The notes below the pieces were generated by a model. The model did no database searches and was not told the origin of the DNA. It worked only from the letters and a program-made list of their open reading frames with translations. From an uncultured delta proteobacterium (lineage in GTDB: Bacteria > Desulfobacterota > Desulfobaccia > Desulfobaccales > 0-14-0-80-60-11): 64,000 nt of DNA. Of this stretch, positions 1 through 10,172 are shown piece after piece. Location: contig CAWETI010000002.1 of NCBI GenBank assembly GCA_963812015.1, positions 704,001 through 768,000 of the forward strand, written 5' to 3'. The position numbers and the translations under genes were made by a program. Each line of letters opens with the position of its first letter. Within the stretch, counting starts at the first letter, position 1.

Positions 1-1931
1 CTAGTTCCTCTGGTCATGTCACTTGCAAACTTAATCGGAACATCCCGATGGTCTTGCCAGCGCATCGATTTGCCGACCATTTTCGACAGATAACCCCGAA
101 ACGTCGCATGGGAACCAAGGTCTTGTCCGCGTTTCCAATCATCGAGAATTGTCAGCAGGTTTTTCAGTTCTGGATCTTCGGAAAGAGGTTGAGTTCGTCT
201 CAAATCAACTGATTGCCGTTTTTTCGGCTTCTGATCTACAACTCTGACTTTTTCTGAGAAATCAGGTAAAGACAAAGGTCGAAGGTAGTTAGATAAGCGA
301 GTTAAGGCCTCATCTGCTGAACTCGCATCGAACCAGAACTCAGCAAGAAAACGCGCTCGATCCTGATGTCCTGATGTCCACGCATCCCCTCCCAAGTACT
401 TATTTTCGATCTCTGTCCAATAAGTAAGTACCGCTCTTTTAAATCCAAAATTCCTCTGGTCCGGAAAGACATTTCTATCAAACAGATCGTACGATTGAAC
501 CAATGCAACATTTAGCACGTAATCCAATAGTCCGCGTGGTGAGGAGCGGAGGTGTTCTCGCAACAGAGATTTGAGCATTTTATGAGGCGCAGTCAGTGAG
601 AAGGGAAACAATCCGATCGTTACATCGTGCTCAAGTTGCACAGATCCAAAAGTTTTATGGCAGTCGTCCTTTTGAGGACATTTATCACATTTACTTCTCG
701 GAACGTCTGAATCGAACCGGTCCGAGGCCAAGTTTTCGATTTCCTCATCATCACAACGAACGGCATTCAAATAACGGGCAGCAAATTTTGCAACTTCATT
801 CTGATCGTTTGCCCATTGACTTGCATTTTCGTCTACATCAAACTCAAAACTTACCCGGTCTTGTTCATTCTGCGGTAACACTGTCCAACCTTCGTTACTC
901 ATGCCGAGCAATGCGATCATTCGGCAGAGATTTTCCCCCCCATGGGGTTCAAAAGCTCGAAATAGATCCAGATCTAAACCCCCTGAGGCGGCTGTAACGT
1001 CTTCAATAAAAACGGCCAATTGTTTGCCTTGAGAATAGAGTTCACGACGTATTGACCTGAAGATTTCACTGAGTTTAGTTCCTTTAATTCCGGTTAACTC
1101 GCGCTGTGCCTCAATAAGTGCAAGATTTAATACCTTGACTGTATCCTCAGAAGTATCATTGTCATACTCTAAATCTTGAACAAACTCATGGACTTGAGGG
1201 GCATCTTCCTTTCTATTAAGATACTCGGGTCCAGGAATTAACTCGGCAGCAGTAAAGACAATATCTTTTAGACGATCTTCCTGTGTACTACTCTCAGTCA
1301 AGCGAGCGATTTTTTGAGCTATAACACCTTCATTTCGCCCTAACCATCGCCTATAACCCGGAGATAACAGAACGTCACCTAAAGGTTTGAGACTTCCTTT
1401 GAGTGGCTTATTGCCGCGTTGCTCCCATTTATTATTAATCTCCAGCGCAAGTTCCTGGATTAGTGCTTCGCGAGCCGTCTTAGCTGAAAATCTATCTACC
1501 GAACTCTTTATGTCTTCAATATACTTGCCGAATTCTGTCCCCAACTGATCTACAATCTGTTTTAATGCCGCTTTGAGACTTCCGACCTCTCGTTGAACCA
1601 TTACCATCTTGAATTGGTTTAACCCCAGTTCTTTAATCCTCGAAGCGTATTCTGCACGGAGATTAATCCAACGTATCAAATGTGATTTGCCTGTACCGAC
1701 ATTTCCCCGCACAACTCCCCTGATTTCCCCCTTTAGAGAAAAGAGCTTCTGAAAAGCTTGTTCCTCGGTAATTAGTGCGTCGGCTTTAGCATCTTTAATA
1801 TTTCTTATTGGTGAGTGAACTGCCAGGAAGAAGGGGACCTTTTCTTGGGTAACCTGGGCGACAGTGTTAATGCATTTTTCGGCCTGGTCTTTTGCCCAGC
1901 AAGGTTGGCCAAATTGTTCAGGATAACCCAT
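1..1931 (-). CDS. dpdH: DpdH-like P-loop ATPase, partial (runs off the left edge; absent from the ORF track)
   Basis: ATG at 1931, just after the dpdG stop. Manual translation MGYPEQFGQPCWAKDQAEKCINTVAQ...FLAVHSPIR...VVRGNVGTGKSHLIRW shows a Walker A motif; position after dpdE-F-G fits the Dpd gene order. Confidence 0.75.
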   Translation of the reverse strand, partial: MGYPEQFGQPCWAKDQAEKCINTVAQVTQEKVPFFLAVHSPIRNIKDAKADALITEEQAFQKLFSLKGEIRGVVRGNVGTGKSHLIRWINLRAEYASRIKELGLNQFKMVMVQREVGSLKAALKQIVDQLGTEFGKYIEDIKSSVDRFSAKTAREALIQELALEINNKWEQRGNKPLKGSLKPLGDVLLSPGYRRWLGRNEGVIAQKIARLTESSTQEDRLKDIVFTAAELIPGPEYLNRKEDAPQVHEFVQDLEYDNDTSEDTVKVLNLALIEAQRELTGIKGTKLSEIFRSIRRELYSQGKQLAVFIEDVTAASGGLDLDLFRAFEPHGGENLCRMIALLGMSNEGWTVLPQNEQDRVSFEFDVDENASQWANDQNEVAKFAARYLNAVRCDDEEIENLASDRFDSDVPRSKCDKCPQKDDCHKTFGSVQLEHDVTIGLFPFSLTAPHKMLKSLLREHLRSSPRGLLDYVLNVALVQSYDLFDRNVFPDQRNFGFKRAVLTYWTEIENKYLGGDAWTSGHQDRARFLAEFWFDASSADEALTRLSNYLRPLSLPDFSEKVRVVDQKPKKRQSVDLRRTQPLSEDPELKNLLTILDDWKRGQDLGSHATFRGYLSKMVGKSMRWQDHRDVPIKFASDMTRGT

Positions 1932-1935
1932 AATA

Positions 1936-2790
1936 TTATCCTAAATACTCGATAAGAGTTATGCGATCTGCCTTGATGGTGTCATCCCGAGGTGGTTGAA
2001 CCAGTTCGATGTTCCAGCCGCGACTATCTATAGGGCATTCAAGCCGGATGATTTTGTCCTCGTGTAGTTCCACCAGACAATGGCTTAGGCCCAAGGTACA
2101 CTGTTTATCTTCTGTCTTGTAGTTTTTGTATTTGTTGGCTTGTAGAAATATTTCACCACCATCCAATTCAGGACATACTTGCGCCAACCGAACCATGAAC
2201 TGATCTCCAAGAAGTTTCACTTTGTCACCAAAAATCGAAGGCAAAGCACGGTAAAGCCGTCCATAGGGATTAGCCTGAAACTGGTCATTAGGATCATACC
2301 AGCCCAAGCCTAAATAGCTAAGCCATCGATCTAAACCAGTGTGCTTATCACGATTAAAAGGGTTAGTCTGAGGTTCGTTATTAAAGACATCTTGGTTGAA
2401 GCGGCTAGCCCATTCTTCCCTACTAAAGTTAGAACGATCATACACTTCTTTATCCAAACCAAGGTAGTACGCATAAAACAGGGCTAAATAAGGTTCTATT
2501 TGGAGACTGGATAAAACCGCCTGGTCAACCGCCCTTAGGATGTTTTCTTTCGCTGGTTTCTTCTTCTCATATTCATTGCTTAGCTTAATGGAACTTTGCT
2601 TCTCTTCAACCAGACCAATTTGTAGTGCTGCACGTATCGTATCCTTTGCCGTACCCTGACTACCTCCCGACAAAGGGCTTGGTTGTAACAACTCATAACT
2701 ATCTTCTCGCTTTAATCCGTTTGAGTATTTATTTAATACGTCAAGCAATACCTCAAGTCTTACTGGCGTTGCTGGCCCATCGGTAAACAC
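1936..2790 (-). CDS. dpdG: DpdG-like protein of the Dpd system
   Basis: 284 aa between a RecQ-like helicase and an ATPase; W-x-x-Y-LGLG and CPELDGG segments recalled as typical of DpdG; synteny. Confidence 0.7.
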   Translation of the reverse strand: MFTDGPATPVRLEVLLDVLNKYSNGLKREDSYELLQPSPLSGGSQGTAKDTIRAALQIGLVEEKQSSIKLSNEYEKKKPAKENILRAVDQAVLSSLQIEPYLALFYAYYLGLDKEVYDRSNFSREEWASRFNQDVFNNEPQTNPFNRDKHTGLDRWLSYLGLGWYDPNDQFQANPYGRLYRALPSIFGDKVKLLGDQFMVRLAQVCPELDGGEIFLQANKYKNYKTEDKQCTLGLSHCLVELHEDKIIRLECPIDSRGWNIELVQPPRDDTIKADRITLIEYLG

Positions 2791-2809
2791 AGTTTAAGTA
2801 CTCCCTTTT

Positions 2810-5245
2810 CTATGTTAATTGGTCCAACCAAGCCTCCACTGATGACCATGAATCGCAACAATACTTGATTTTAATGTGACGACCGCTGGGTTCATATGGA
2901 TTCTGGATGCCACAAAACAGATGTTTGGAATTACAGAAACATGCCTTTTCCAACATGGCTTCTGAGTATGAACCAATATGCAAAAAGAGAATCGCGTGAT
3001 CGCCACAAGGTCTTAGGACAGCATCATTGGTAAATGGGTCTAATCGGTAAGGTTCACGATAATGGCATAGAACTCCTTCTAATAACTTTAGAATCTCATC
3101 AAATTGTTTTTCAGGGCAATAAAGATGTAACGGTTTAAGACTGTGTTTGCGTAGGCAGTCCTCAATCCTATCGATGAAATCGTCTTTTGTGGACGATTGA
3201 GTTGGATCTGGCCAACCTTCAATAATCGTTCCTTTGCATTTGTTGAAAACAATTCCACTTTCAGGGACAAGTAATGGCGGGCATGATTCGACTTCCCGGT
3301 TATTTTCTCGGCAATATTTGCATCCCCCGCACACCCTTTGCTCTGACGGGACTTCATACAGTGCTCGTAAGGTACGACTGATGCAGTGTTTTGGGTCAAG
3401 AATTTCCTTAAGTTTAATAAAGCCAACATTAAAGTAATTTAATTCCTGTTGCCGATTCGCACGAATCAGTTCGCCAAGCTTGGGAGTGCCTGGAGGGAAT
3501 TTGACTTTCACTGTGGCCCATTCCTCTTTATCGTCTATAAGGTCTTCAGGTGATTCGAGTTCGAGGTTTAGAAATTCAATGAGTTTTGCTCGAAACAATT
3601 GTAACAAGAGAGACTTGTTCCATATGATATTTTGTGAGTAAGTTCGATCTCCCTTTAACTCTAACCTTTTGACTGAAACTGGTAATTTGAAGATATACTC
3701 CTCACCTTGAACTGACCTGCGATTGGAATACATTGATTCCCAGCGTTGTTGGATCTTCTCCTCATCTTTCAACATTTTTGTACCAAGATACTCTGCAGTC
3801 TGTCGATCTTCTTCTGTTGGCATCAACAAACAAACCGAACTATAGCCATCGCGACCGCTGCGTCCGGTTTCTTGGTAATATCGGTCCAAATTTTCTGGGT
3901 AGCAAGAATGAATCACTGCTCTAACATCAGCCTTGTCGACCCCAACTCCAAAGGCTGAGGTGGCCACCATTAGATCGATCTGGTTACCTTTCCATTGCTC
4001 CAAAAGGGCCTTACGTTCGTGGCGCTTTGTCTCGCCGGTAAAACAGCCAATCCGCATGAAACCTTCTTCATGCTTTAATTTATCATGCATTCTTTTTGCG
4101 TCATCCGGCTTTGTCATGTACAGGATCGCCGGACGAGGCAACCTCCAGACCGCTTCGCGCAGGCAAGGCCACCTCTCGTCACCATCATGGAACCGAAAAC
4201 CATAATAGCTCATCTCGGGACGTAGTCGCTGGCAAACAAATTCTTGGGAATGATATTGTTCAGAAAACATGTCGCTCAAGGTTTTTCGACACTGGGGTGA
4301 CATAGTTGCTGAAAATAGAAATGTGCGTATTCTATTTCCGCTGATTTCTATCCATTTGCGACGAATAGCTGCAAGTATTTGAAACTCAACCCGAAACTGA
4401 GCCCCCCAGGTTTCAATCAGGTGTGCTTCATCGATAACCAAGTTCTGAAGCCAACCTTCTCGAGCAAATTGATTCAAAACTGGTCTCATATATCCAGAAA
4501 CAGAGGTTTCTGGAGAAAGGAAAACCAATCGCGATTCTTTACTTTTAATTTTCGCCACGGTGACTTCGGGATTATCGTCAGAAGCAAAGAAGCAAGGATT
4601 CACTCCCGGAAAATTCTTAAGTCTATCCGCAGCACTCTGCTGTTGGTCAATCGCTAAAGCCACAGTGGGCACCACTACCACAGTTAATCCCGGCGTAAAA
4701 ACTGGTAGGAGCCAGAAGCATGCACTTTTTCCGCACCCGGTCGGTAAAACCACCGTACAAGTTGATCCCTCGTGAGAATTCAGGACAAACCAAACTGCTT
4801 CTTTTTGGGCCGGGGAGAGCCATTTCTCAAAAGCAAGGCTCTGTCGCAAGTAAGGTTCCCCAGCAAAGCTTTCATCAATAATCCGCTTTTGCGGTGGGCA
4901 ATCTAATATGACTGACTTCTCTCGTAGCCAGATTGGAGCATAGGGTTCTGCCGATAAATATCCGCCTGGGGTCCATTTCACCCCGGCATTTTTAAGCCAC
5001 TGATCCATTTGCTTGGGTTGATGCAAGGGACGATCTACTCGAACTTCGTCCATACCAGACCAACGTATGGCTTGCCGTAAAAGCACAATTTGATCCGGGC
5101 CGAAATCTCCAACTGAGCATCGCGCCAAGCCAAAACGATTGACCGAATAATCAATATTAGGGAAACAAGAAAGTTGATCAGGCAATGCCTCCACCCGGGG
5201 TTGCCTGATATAGACTTTTAACTTTTGTATAGCGTCAGAAACCAA
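2810..5245 (-). CDS. dpdF: RecQ-like DEAH helicase, DpdF-like
   Basis: LPTGCGKS, IDEAH, SAT, ATSAFGVGVDK and QETGRSGRDG motifs; overlaps the dpdE stop. Confidence 0.8.
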   Translation of the reverse strand: MVSDAIQKLKVYIRQPRVEALPDQLSCFPNIDYSVNRFGLARCSVGDFGPDQIVLLRQAIRWSGMDEVRVDRPLHQPKQMDQWLKNAGVKWTPGGYLSAEPYAPIWLREKSVILDCPPQKRIIDESFAGEPYLRQSLAFEKWLSPAQKEAVWFVLNSHEGSTCTVVLPTGCGKSACFWLLPVFTPGLTVVVVPTVALAIDQQQSAADRLKNFPGVNPCFFASDDNPEVTVAKIKSKESRLVFLSPETSVSGYMRPVLNQFAREGWLQNLVIDEAHLIETWGAQFRVEFQILAAIRRKWIEISGNRIRTFLFSATMSPQCRKTLSDMFSEQYHSQEFVCQRLRPEMSYYGFRFHDGDERWPCLREAVWRLPRPAILYMTKPDDAKRMHDKLKHEEGFMRIGCFTGETKRHERKALLEQWKGNQIDLMVATSAFGVGVDKADVRAVIHSCYPENLDRYYQETGRSGRDGYSSVCLLMPTEEDRQTAEYLGTKMLKDEEKIQQRWESMYSNRRSVQGEEYIFKLPVSVKRLELKGDRTYSQNIIWNKSLLLQLFRAKLIEFLNLELESPEDLIDDKEEWATVKVKFPPGTPKLGELIRANRQQELNYFNVGFIKLKEILDPKHCISRTLRALYEVPSEQRVCGGCKYCRENNREVESCPPLLVPESGIVFNKCKGTIIEGWPDPTQSSTKDDFIDRIEDCLRKHSLKPLHLYCPEKQFDEILKLLEGVLCHYREPYRLDPFTNDAVLRPCGDHAILFLHIGSYSEAMLEKACFCNSKHLFCGIQNPYEPSGRHIKIKYCCDSWSSVEAWLDQLT

Positions 5246-8200
5246 GAATTCCCCCGTTTATGGATAGAAACCCAGCGATATCTAATTCCAGATCCCAGTA
5301 GCCCAAGGCCTCCTTAAGTTGACATAAATCTTGTGCTTGATCCTCCCAACCATCGGGTTTGGCGAACTGGAGCTTTCTAATTTGCTCGTCTATACACTTA
5401 AGCTGCTCTTCAATTTTAGGAGTCAATATCTGATTATAGCGCTGATATACATGCTTCCGGGCCGTTTTTTCAATTATTCTGAGCAGTTCGTCCCAATTGG
5501 AATAGTGATCGGATAATAAGGCAGCCTTTTCATGGGTAAGATTTTTCCAAATCTTTCCTTTGTTTTGCTTATCAAAAGACCTTCGCAGCCTTAGTAAATC
5601 ACCGGGGGGCTCTTTCACGTTGCCATTTTCATGAACAAAGCAGTGTTCAATGCGTTCGGCAAATAAATAATCCAAGATATTTTGATATGCCGAAGTCTGA
5701 TCGGTAAATTGGCTGCTCGGTTTTACTCGATATGAAAATTCAAAGCCCCGCCACGCCGGTTGATCTGCTATGCATTCAACAGCATAAGTTCGCCCACTGG
5801 AGTCATCAGATAGAGAATGGCATATTGAATCAAAGAAATCATTTCCTATACTGAAAAACTCCAAGTCAGGGCGATTCTGCGCAATCTCACGACGAAACGT
5901 TCCTGTTCTTACTTTTTTATTGTCAAGCAAATTTAATTGAACTTGGCGCACATCTTCTGGATAAAACTCGATAACGCCTTCGAGGTAGTCAGCTTGCCTT
6001 GGGAACTGAATACTATTTTTGTCCGATATCATTTTAAAGTATTGGCAGAATCTAATTTCAAGATCTCGATCTAGCTCCTTATTAGATTGTACCCTACGAA
6101 ATTGTTCGGCCCTGGTTCGCTCATAGGAGGCTTCATCCATTTGGCTTTGGGACTCATCCCGCGCCCTTTCTTCTGTCATTCGCTCTTTGATATTTTTCGG
6201 CATGTCCCATAGGACCTGATCATCGTCGCTGAGGAGGTTTTGGGCAACGTCTAATTCGACATCTCTGAGAGCAAACTCAAGACCGCTTATTGATTGGCTG
6301 AAAACCCCTAATCCTTCAGATAAGCACTTTACCCAAGCCTCTTCTTTGCTGCCCTTTGCAATGACCAAACTAGACACCACCTCGGGCCGTTTCCGACCTA
6401 ACCGGTCTAGTCGCCCAATTCGTTGTTCGATTTTGGCAACTTGCCATGGTAGATCATAATGAATGAGTTCGGCGGCAAATTGAAAATTGCGACCCTCTCC
6501 TCCAGTTTCGTCACAAATTAATAACCAAGCTTGTTGATCAATCCTAAACCTTCTAACTTCTTGCTCCTTGAGATTGCGCTCGCGGATAGGGTCTTTATTC
6601 AGGCCGAAATAAAAACGAGCGATCGATTTTTGTCCAAAGTACTTAACTAATTGTTCGTCTAAAATGGAAGCCAATTTTGGATAGCCAGCGAAAATAATGA
6701 ACTTATCTTTAGGTTGAGTACGGTGCTTCTCTTCTATCATTGAGAATATTCTCTGAAGTCGAAGATTTTCAACTTCCCCCTGTCTTTCCCATGCCTCAAC
6801 GGAGCGAATTGCTTCCAGTAGAAGGTCTGGATTAAGCACTTCCCTGGCACTGCTCCAGCAATACTTCATTTGATTGTTCCATTCCGAATAGGATACTAGA
6901 TCGTGAAGTTCCCCATATTTCTCTTCTGACGCTCCAGTTAAGGTTTGCTCGCTGATTTTGAGGGTCTGCAATAATGTTTTAGGATGAACTGCTGCATGAA
7001 ACAACTCTTTGGTTAAGGGTAACAATATCTTTTCCGGCAATTTGGTCTGACGTAAGGACTGTAAAAATCTCTCTAGACTCACCACTGCATCTAACTCATA
7101 TTGATCGGGATTATAAAACAGTGTGTTTTGGACTCTTTTCAAGCGTTCAATTTGTTCGGATTCAATAAGCTTTTCCCTTCGGTTTCGAAGAATGCGGCGA
7201 TTGATACGATAGTAATCTGATATGTGATGGAGAACTTGATGAACTGTTTCAGCAAAAATTTCGCTTTTTGGATCAAGCTTAGCAATGGCCGTATTAAGGA
7301 ATTGATCATCATGCAATACAGGCAACTCGATTAGCGTTGCAAGTTGTTTAATGACTCTGTCAGGTTCCGAACCGCCCTCATGCAGTTCGGTCAACCGACG
7401 GTTAACCACACCGATTCTGCCTCCAATTTCTCTTTGACGCTCAAATAACATACTGAAGTGTTCGCGCGCTTGTACATCATTATGCCTATATTTCTTGGGT
7501 TCAAGTAGTGCGAGCAGATCATAATATTCATGGTCGCGATGTTGCGCTGGCAACGCGCTGAGTAATAATAGACCACGATCTTGCAGGGAAAGTTTCTTTG
7601 CCAGCTCATACAATGGTTTCACTCGCAGCAGGTTATGAACCTCATCGATCACTATTAGATCCCATTGCTTGTCCATCAATGCCTTCCGATGAATTAGCGC
7701 AGCATAAAAAGACAGGATAACTTGGACTGCTTGGCCCATCATAACCGTATTGATGCCACTTAGTTCAGGTAAGCGAAAGATGACTCCGCTAAACTTTGAG
7801 TACATCTCAGTGAACCACTGCTGCACCAGTGATCCGGGACAAATAATCAAGATGTTAGCCCGAGGGTTGCGCGCCAGGAGGTCATGGATGACAATTCCGG
7901 CTTCGATGGTCTTTCCCAGTCCCACTTCGTCGGCCAATAGATATCGCTGTTTGCTATCAAGAATAACAGTTCCTGCGACGTATGCTTGGTGGGGGTAAAG
8001 ATCGATACGGCTTGATAAGAGGCTTTTTACACCAACACACCGGCGAAGCAATGCATTGTATGTCTGGGCAAGAACTTCCCTCGTTTTGAAGATAGGATAT
8101 CCTTCTTGCTGGAGGGTGGCCAAAACCTCCAAGGGATCGCGAGGTTTTACCAATTTGATTGGGCTAAGTACTGTTTCGGGCAATTCGTCTTCCAGGCCGT

Positions 8201-8744
8201 TTTCAAATTCCACCCGATAGATATGTGGTGCGTGACCCTGACTCGGTTTTCGCTCTTGAATGATGCAGTTACCATTCTTTGTCTCGCAAGTGGTTCCAAT
8301 GGGAATATGGCTTCGGTGGAGGTAATTAGGGTTCAACTGCTTTTGTGATGGTGGAAAAAAGAAGTTTACAACTGCTACCCTACCTTCGAGATTCAATAAT
8401 CGCCCGAGGCCTAGACCTGAGTGTTTTACAATGCAACCGATCACTCCAGTTCCTTCTACCCGTGTCGATTTTGAGCGCTCTGTTGGACTTTCCTCCCCGC
8501 CTGAACCTTTCCGGACAGGATCGGTAAACTTCTCAATGGCATCAAACACTTCGGGGGAAATAATTGCATGCAGATCGTCGGCCAAACTAAAGACATGTAG
8601 GTTAACTGCACCCTGAAAGCATCTTAGATTCGGGTTGTAGGTCATAACTTGCATGACCCTTTGCTTCGCTTCGACAGGAATTGGCCCAATTAGATCCAAT
8701 GATTTGCAATTGCGGTTGAATTTCAATATGAGAGACAAGTTCAT
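5235..8744 (-). CDS. dpdE: SNF2/RapA-like helicase, DpdE-like (likely ATG start 8744; ORF track start 8762)
   Basis: LADEVGLGKT, IDEVH, GGEGRNFQ and EQRIGRLDRLG motifs; first gene of an E-F-G-H run. Confidence 0.8.
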   Translation of the reverse strand: MNLSLILKFNRNCKSLDLIGPIPVEAKQRVMQVMTYNPNLRCFQGAVNLHVFSLADDLHAIISPEVFDAIEKFTDPVRKGSGGEESPTERSKSTRVEGTGVIGCIVKHSGLGLGRLLNLEGRVAVVNFFFPPSQKQLNPNYLHRSHIPIGTTCETKNGNCIIQERKPSQGHAPHIYRVEFENGLEDELPETVLSPIKLVKPRDPLEVLATLQQEGYPIFKTREVLAQTYNALLRRCVGVKSLLSSRIDLYPHQAYVAGTVILDSKQRYLLADEVGLGKTIEAGIVIHDLLARNPRANILIICPGSLVQQWFTEMYSKFSGVIFRLPELSGINTVMMGQAVQVILSFYAALIHRKALMDKQWDLIVIDEVHNLLRVKPLYELAKKLSLQDRGLLLLSALPAQHRDHEYYDLLALLEPKKYRHNDVQAREHFSMLFERQREIGGRIGVVNRRLTELHEGGSEPDRVIKQLATLIELPVLHDDQFLNTAIAKLDPKSEIFAETVHQVLHHISDYYRINRRILRNRREKLIESEQIERLKRVQNTLFYNPDQYELDAVVSLERFLQSLRQTKLPEKILLPLTKELFHAAVHPKTLLQTLKISEQTLTGASEEKYGELHDLVSYSEWNNQMKYCWSSAREVLNPDLLLEAIRSVEAWERQGEVENLRLQRIFSMIEEKHRTQPKDKFIIFAGYPKLASILDEQLVKYFGQKSIARFYFGLNKDPIRERNLKEQEVRRFRIDQQAWLLICDETGGEGRNFQFAAELIHYDLPWQVAKIEQRIGRLDRLGRKRPEVVSSLVIAKGSKEEAWVKCLSEGLGVFSQSISGLEFALRDVELDVAQNLLSDDDQVLWDMPKNIKERMTEERARDESQSQMDEASYERTRAEQFRRVQSNKELDRDLEIRFCQYFKMISDKNSIQFPRQADYLEGVIEFYPEDVRQVQLNLLDNKKVRTGTFRREIAQNRPDLEFFSIGNDFFDSICHSLSDDSSGRTYAVECIADQPAWRGFEFSYRVKPSSQFTDQTSAYQNILDYLFAERIEHCFVHENGNVKEPPGDLLRLRRSFDKQNKGKIWKNLTHEKAALLSDHYSNWDELLRIIEKTARKHVYQRYNQILTPKIEEQLKCIDEQIRKLQFAKPDGWEDQAQDLCQLKEALGYWDLELDIAGFLSINGGILGF

Positions 8745-8777
8745 TCCACCTTCACAGTTCACATTCTGCGAACAACT

Positions 8778-9022
8778 TAAGACCCTATCCCCTGATGGTC
8801 GGATCCCTTAAGGTCTTTATATGATATCTAAGGCAGCATGGTTGACAGTCTCACTGTCGATCGATCCTCCAAAGATTCCAGCGACAGTTTGCTGGTCCAG
8901 TTCGACTTATAAAGCCCGACTACCTAAAGTCGTAGACCGTCGATAGGGACCGATAGGCCACTCACGTCCATGCCAGCACGAAATAGATGCTTCTCATGTG
9001 CGCCTTTGCTGACAGTGATCAG
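8778..9022 (+). ncRNA. Candidate structured RNA (multi-hairpin intergenic region), unassigned
   Basis: Nested inverted repeats: 8836-8841/8968-8973, 8842-8860, 8878-8895, 8902-8906/8939-8943, 8917-8932; G-U pairs favour the + strand; no ORF of 60 aa or more. Confidence 0.3.
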
Positions 9023-9290
9023 AAACTCTCGGGCCTCCCAGGGTCATCTTTTTATAGATTTGTTAATGATTACGATCCTCCAATGATGATTCGAATAATA
9101 TAAGGCTATCCCTGAATTTAATCTAGAATTTCATTAAAATGGGGTAAGGGAACTGACCATATCCTTGGTGCTTCGATAGATGAGAAAAATCTGCGAGCCT
9201 TTCCCCTAATCAAGGTTGTTTTCTTAGAATAACTTTAGACGGGGGACCCTTAGTTTCCATTCAAACAAGACCACAACCAGGGTTAAAAGT

Positions 9291-9566
9291 TCAGAGGTCG
9301 ACCCGTTCCCGCAGTTCCTTCCCGACTTTGAAGAAGGGCAATTTCTTGCCTTCTACCTTGATGAGATCTCCGGTCTTGGGGTTTCGGCCTTTGTAGCCTT
9401 TGTAGCCTTTTACTTTGAAACTGCCAAAACCTCGAATTTCGATGCGCTCCTCATGTGCCAAGGCATCCGCGATATTCTCAAACAAGGCGTTGATGACCAT
9501 TTCAGCCTTTTTCAAAGTGATATTTTCAGCTTTGGCCAGGGCCTCGATGAGTTGGGACTTATTCAT
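9291..9566 (-). CDS. ihfB: Integration host factor beta / HU-family DNA-bending protein
   Basis: MNKSQLIEAL...IEIRGFGSF...GRNPKTG...PFFKVGKELRERVD; GGAG SD before ATG 9566. Confidence 0.85.
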   Translation of the reverse strand: MNKSQLIEALAKAENITLKKAEMVINALFENIADALAHEERIEIRGFGSFKVKGYKGYKGRNPKTGDLIKVEGKKLPFFKVGKELRERVDL

Positions 9567-10172
9567 GCCGCTATTCTCCTTGCCTGGTGTGGCCTGAGCC
9601 TGAGGGGCTTGACAGCGAAGGCACCCTTCACCCGTAATATCATTCATTTATACCTATATTCCCAAACGCACCTCATAGTCAACAAATCTCGGCGTGAGGG
9701 CAACCCAACGACCAAATGGTGGGGCGTTACCGGAAAGGATAGGGATCGGTCAGGGTTCGGGGATTGGGATATATATGAGGTTATGTCACGAAGAAGAGGA
9801 AATGGTTAAGACTCTTGGGGGAGTTTGGCCTCTGAAATTAATGGCCGGGACAATTTTTAATGGGGGCACTTGCCGGGGACGGTGAAATGGGCGAAAAACA
9901 ATTAACTTTAAGCTCCGAAGGATAAGCGCAGATAAACAAGGATAAGATAGAGGTTATCTTACTGAAATTAAAGTGTTTTTCAGATAATTTATGTTTTGGG
10001 ATGGGGATGTGGAGAAAATGCCGAAAAAGTATGAATGGTACGGGCGGGAGGAGGAAAAAAGTCAGAGGTTTATTGGTTGGTAAATACGAACTTATTTAAT
10101 ATAAAAGACAAATCAGGTTTATAAATTTTCAGCAGTAACTTTTATGGTAAAATTCTTCGACATTATAGGCTC

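Noticed and set aside
8778..9022. Retron msr-msd or group II intron
   Set aside because: No reverse transcriptase in the window and no recognisable intron domain V.
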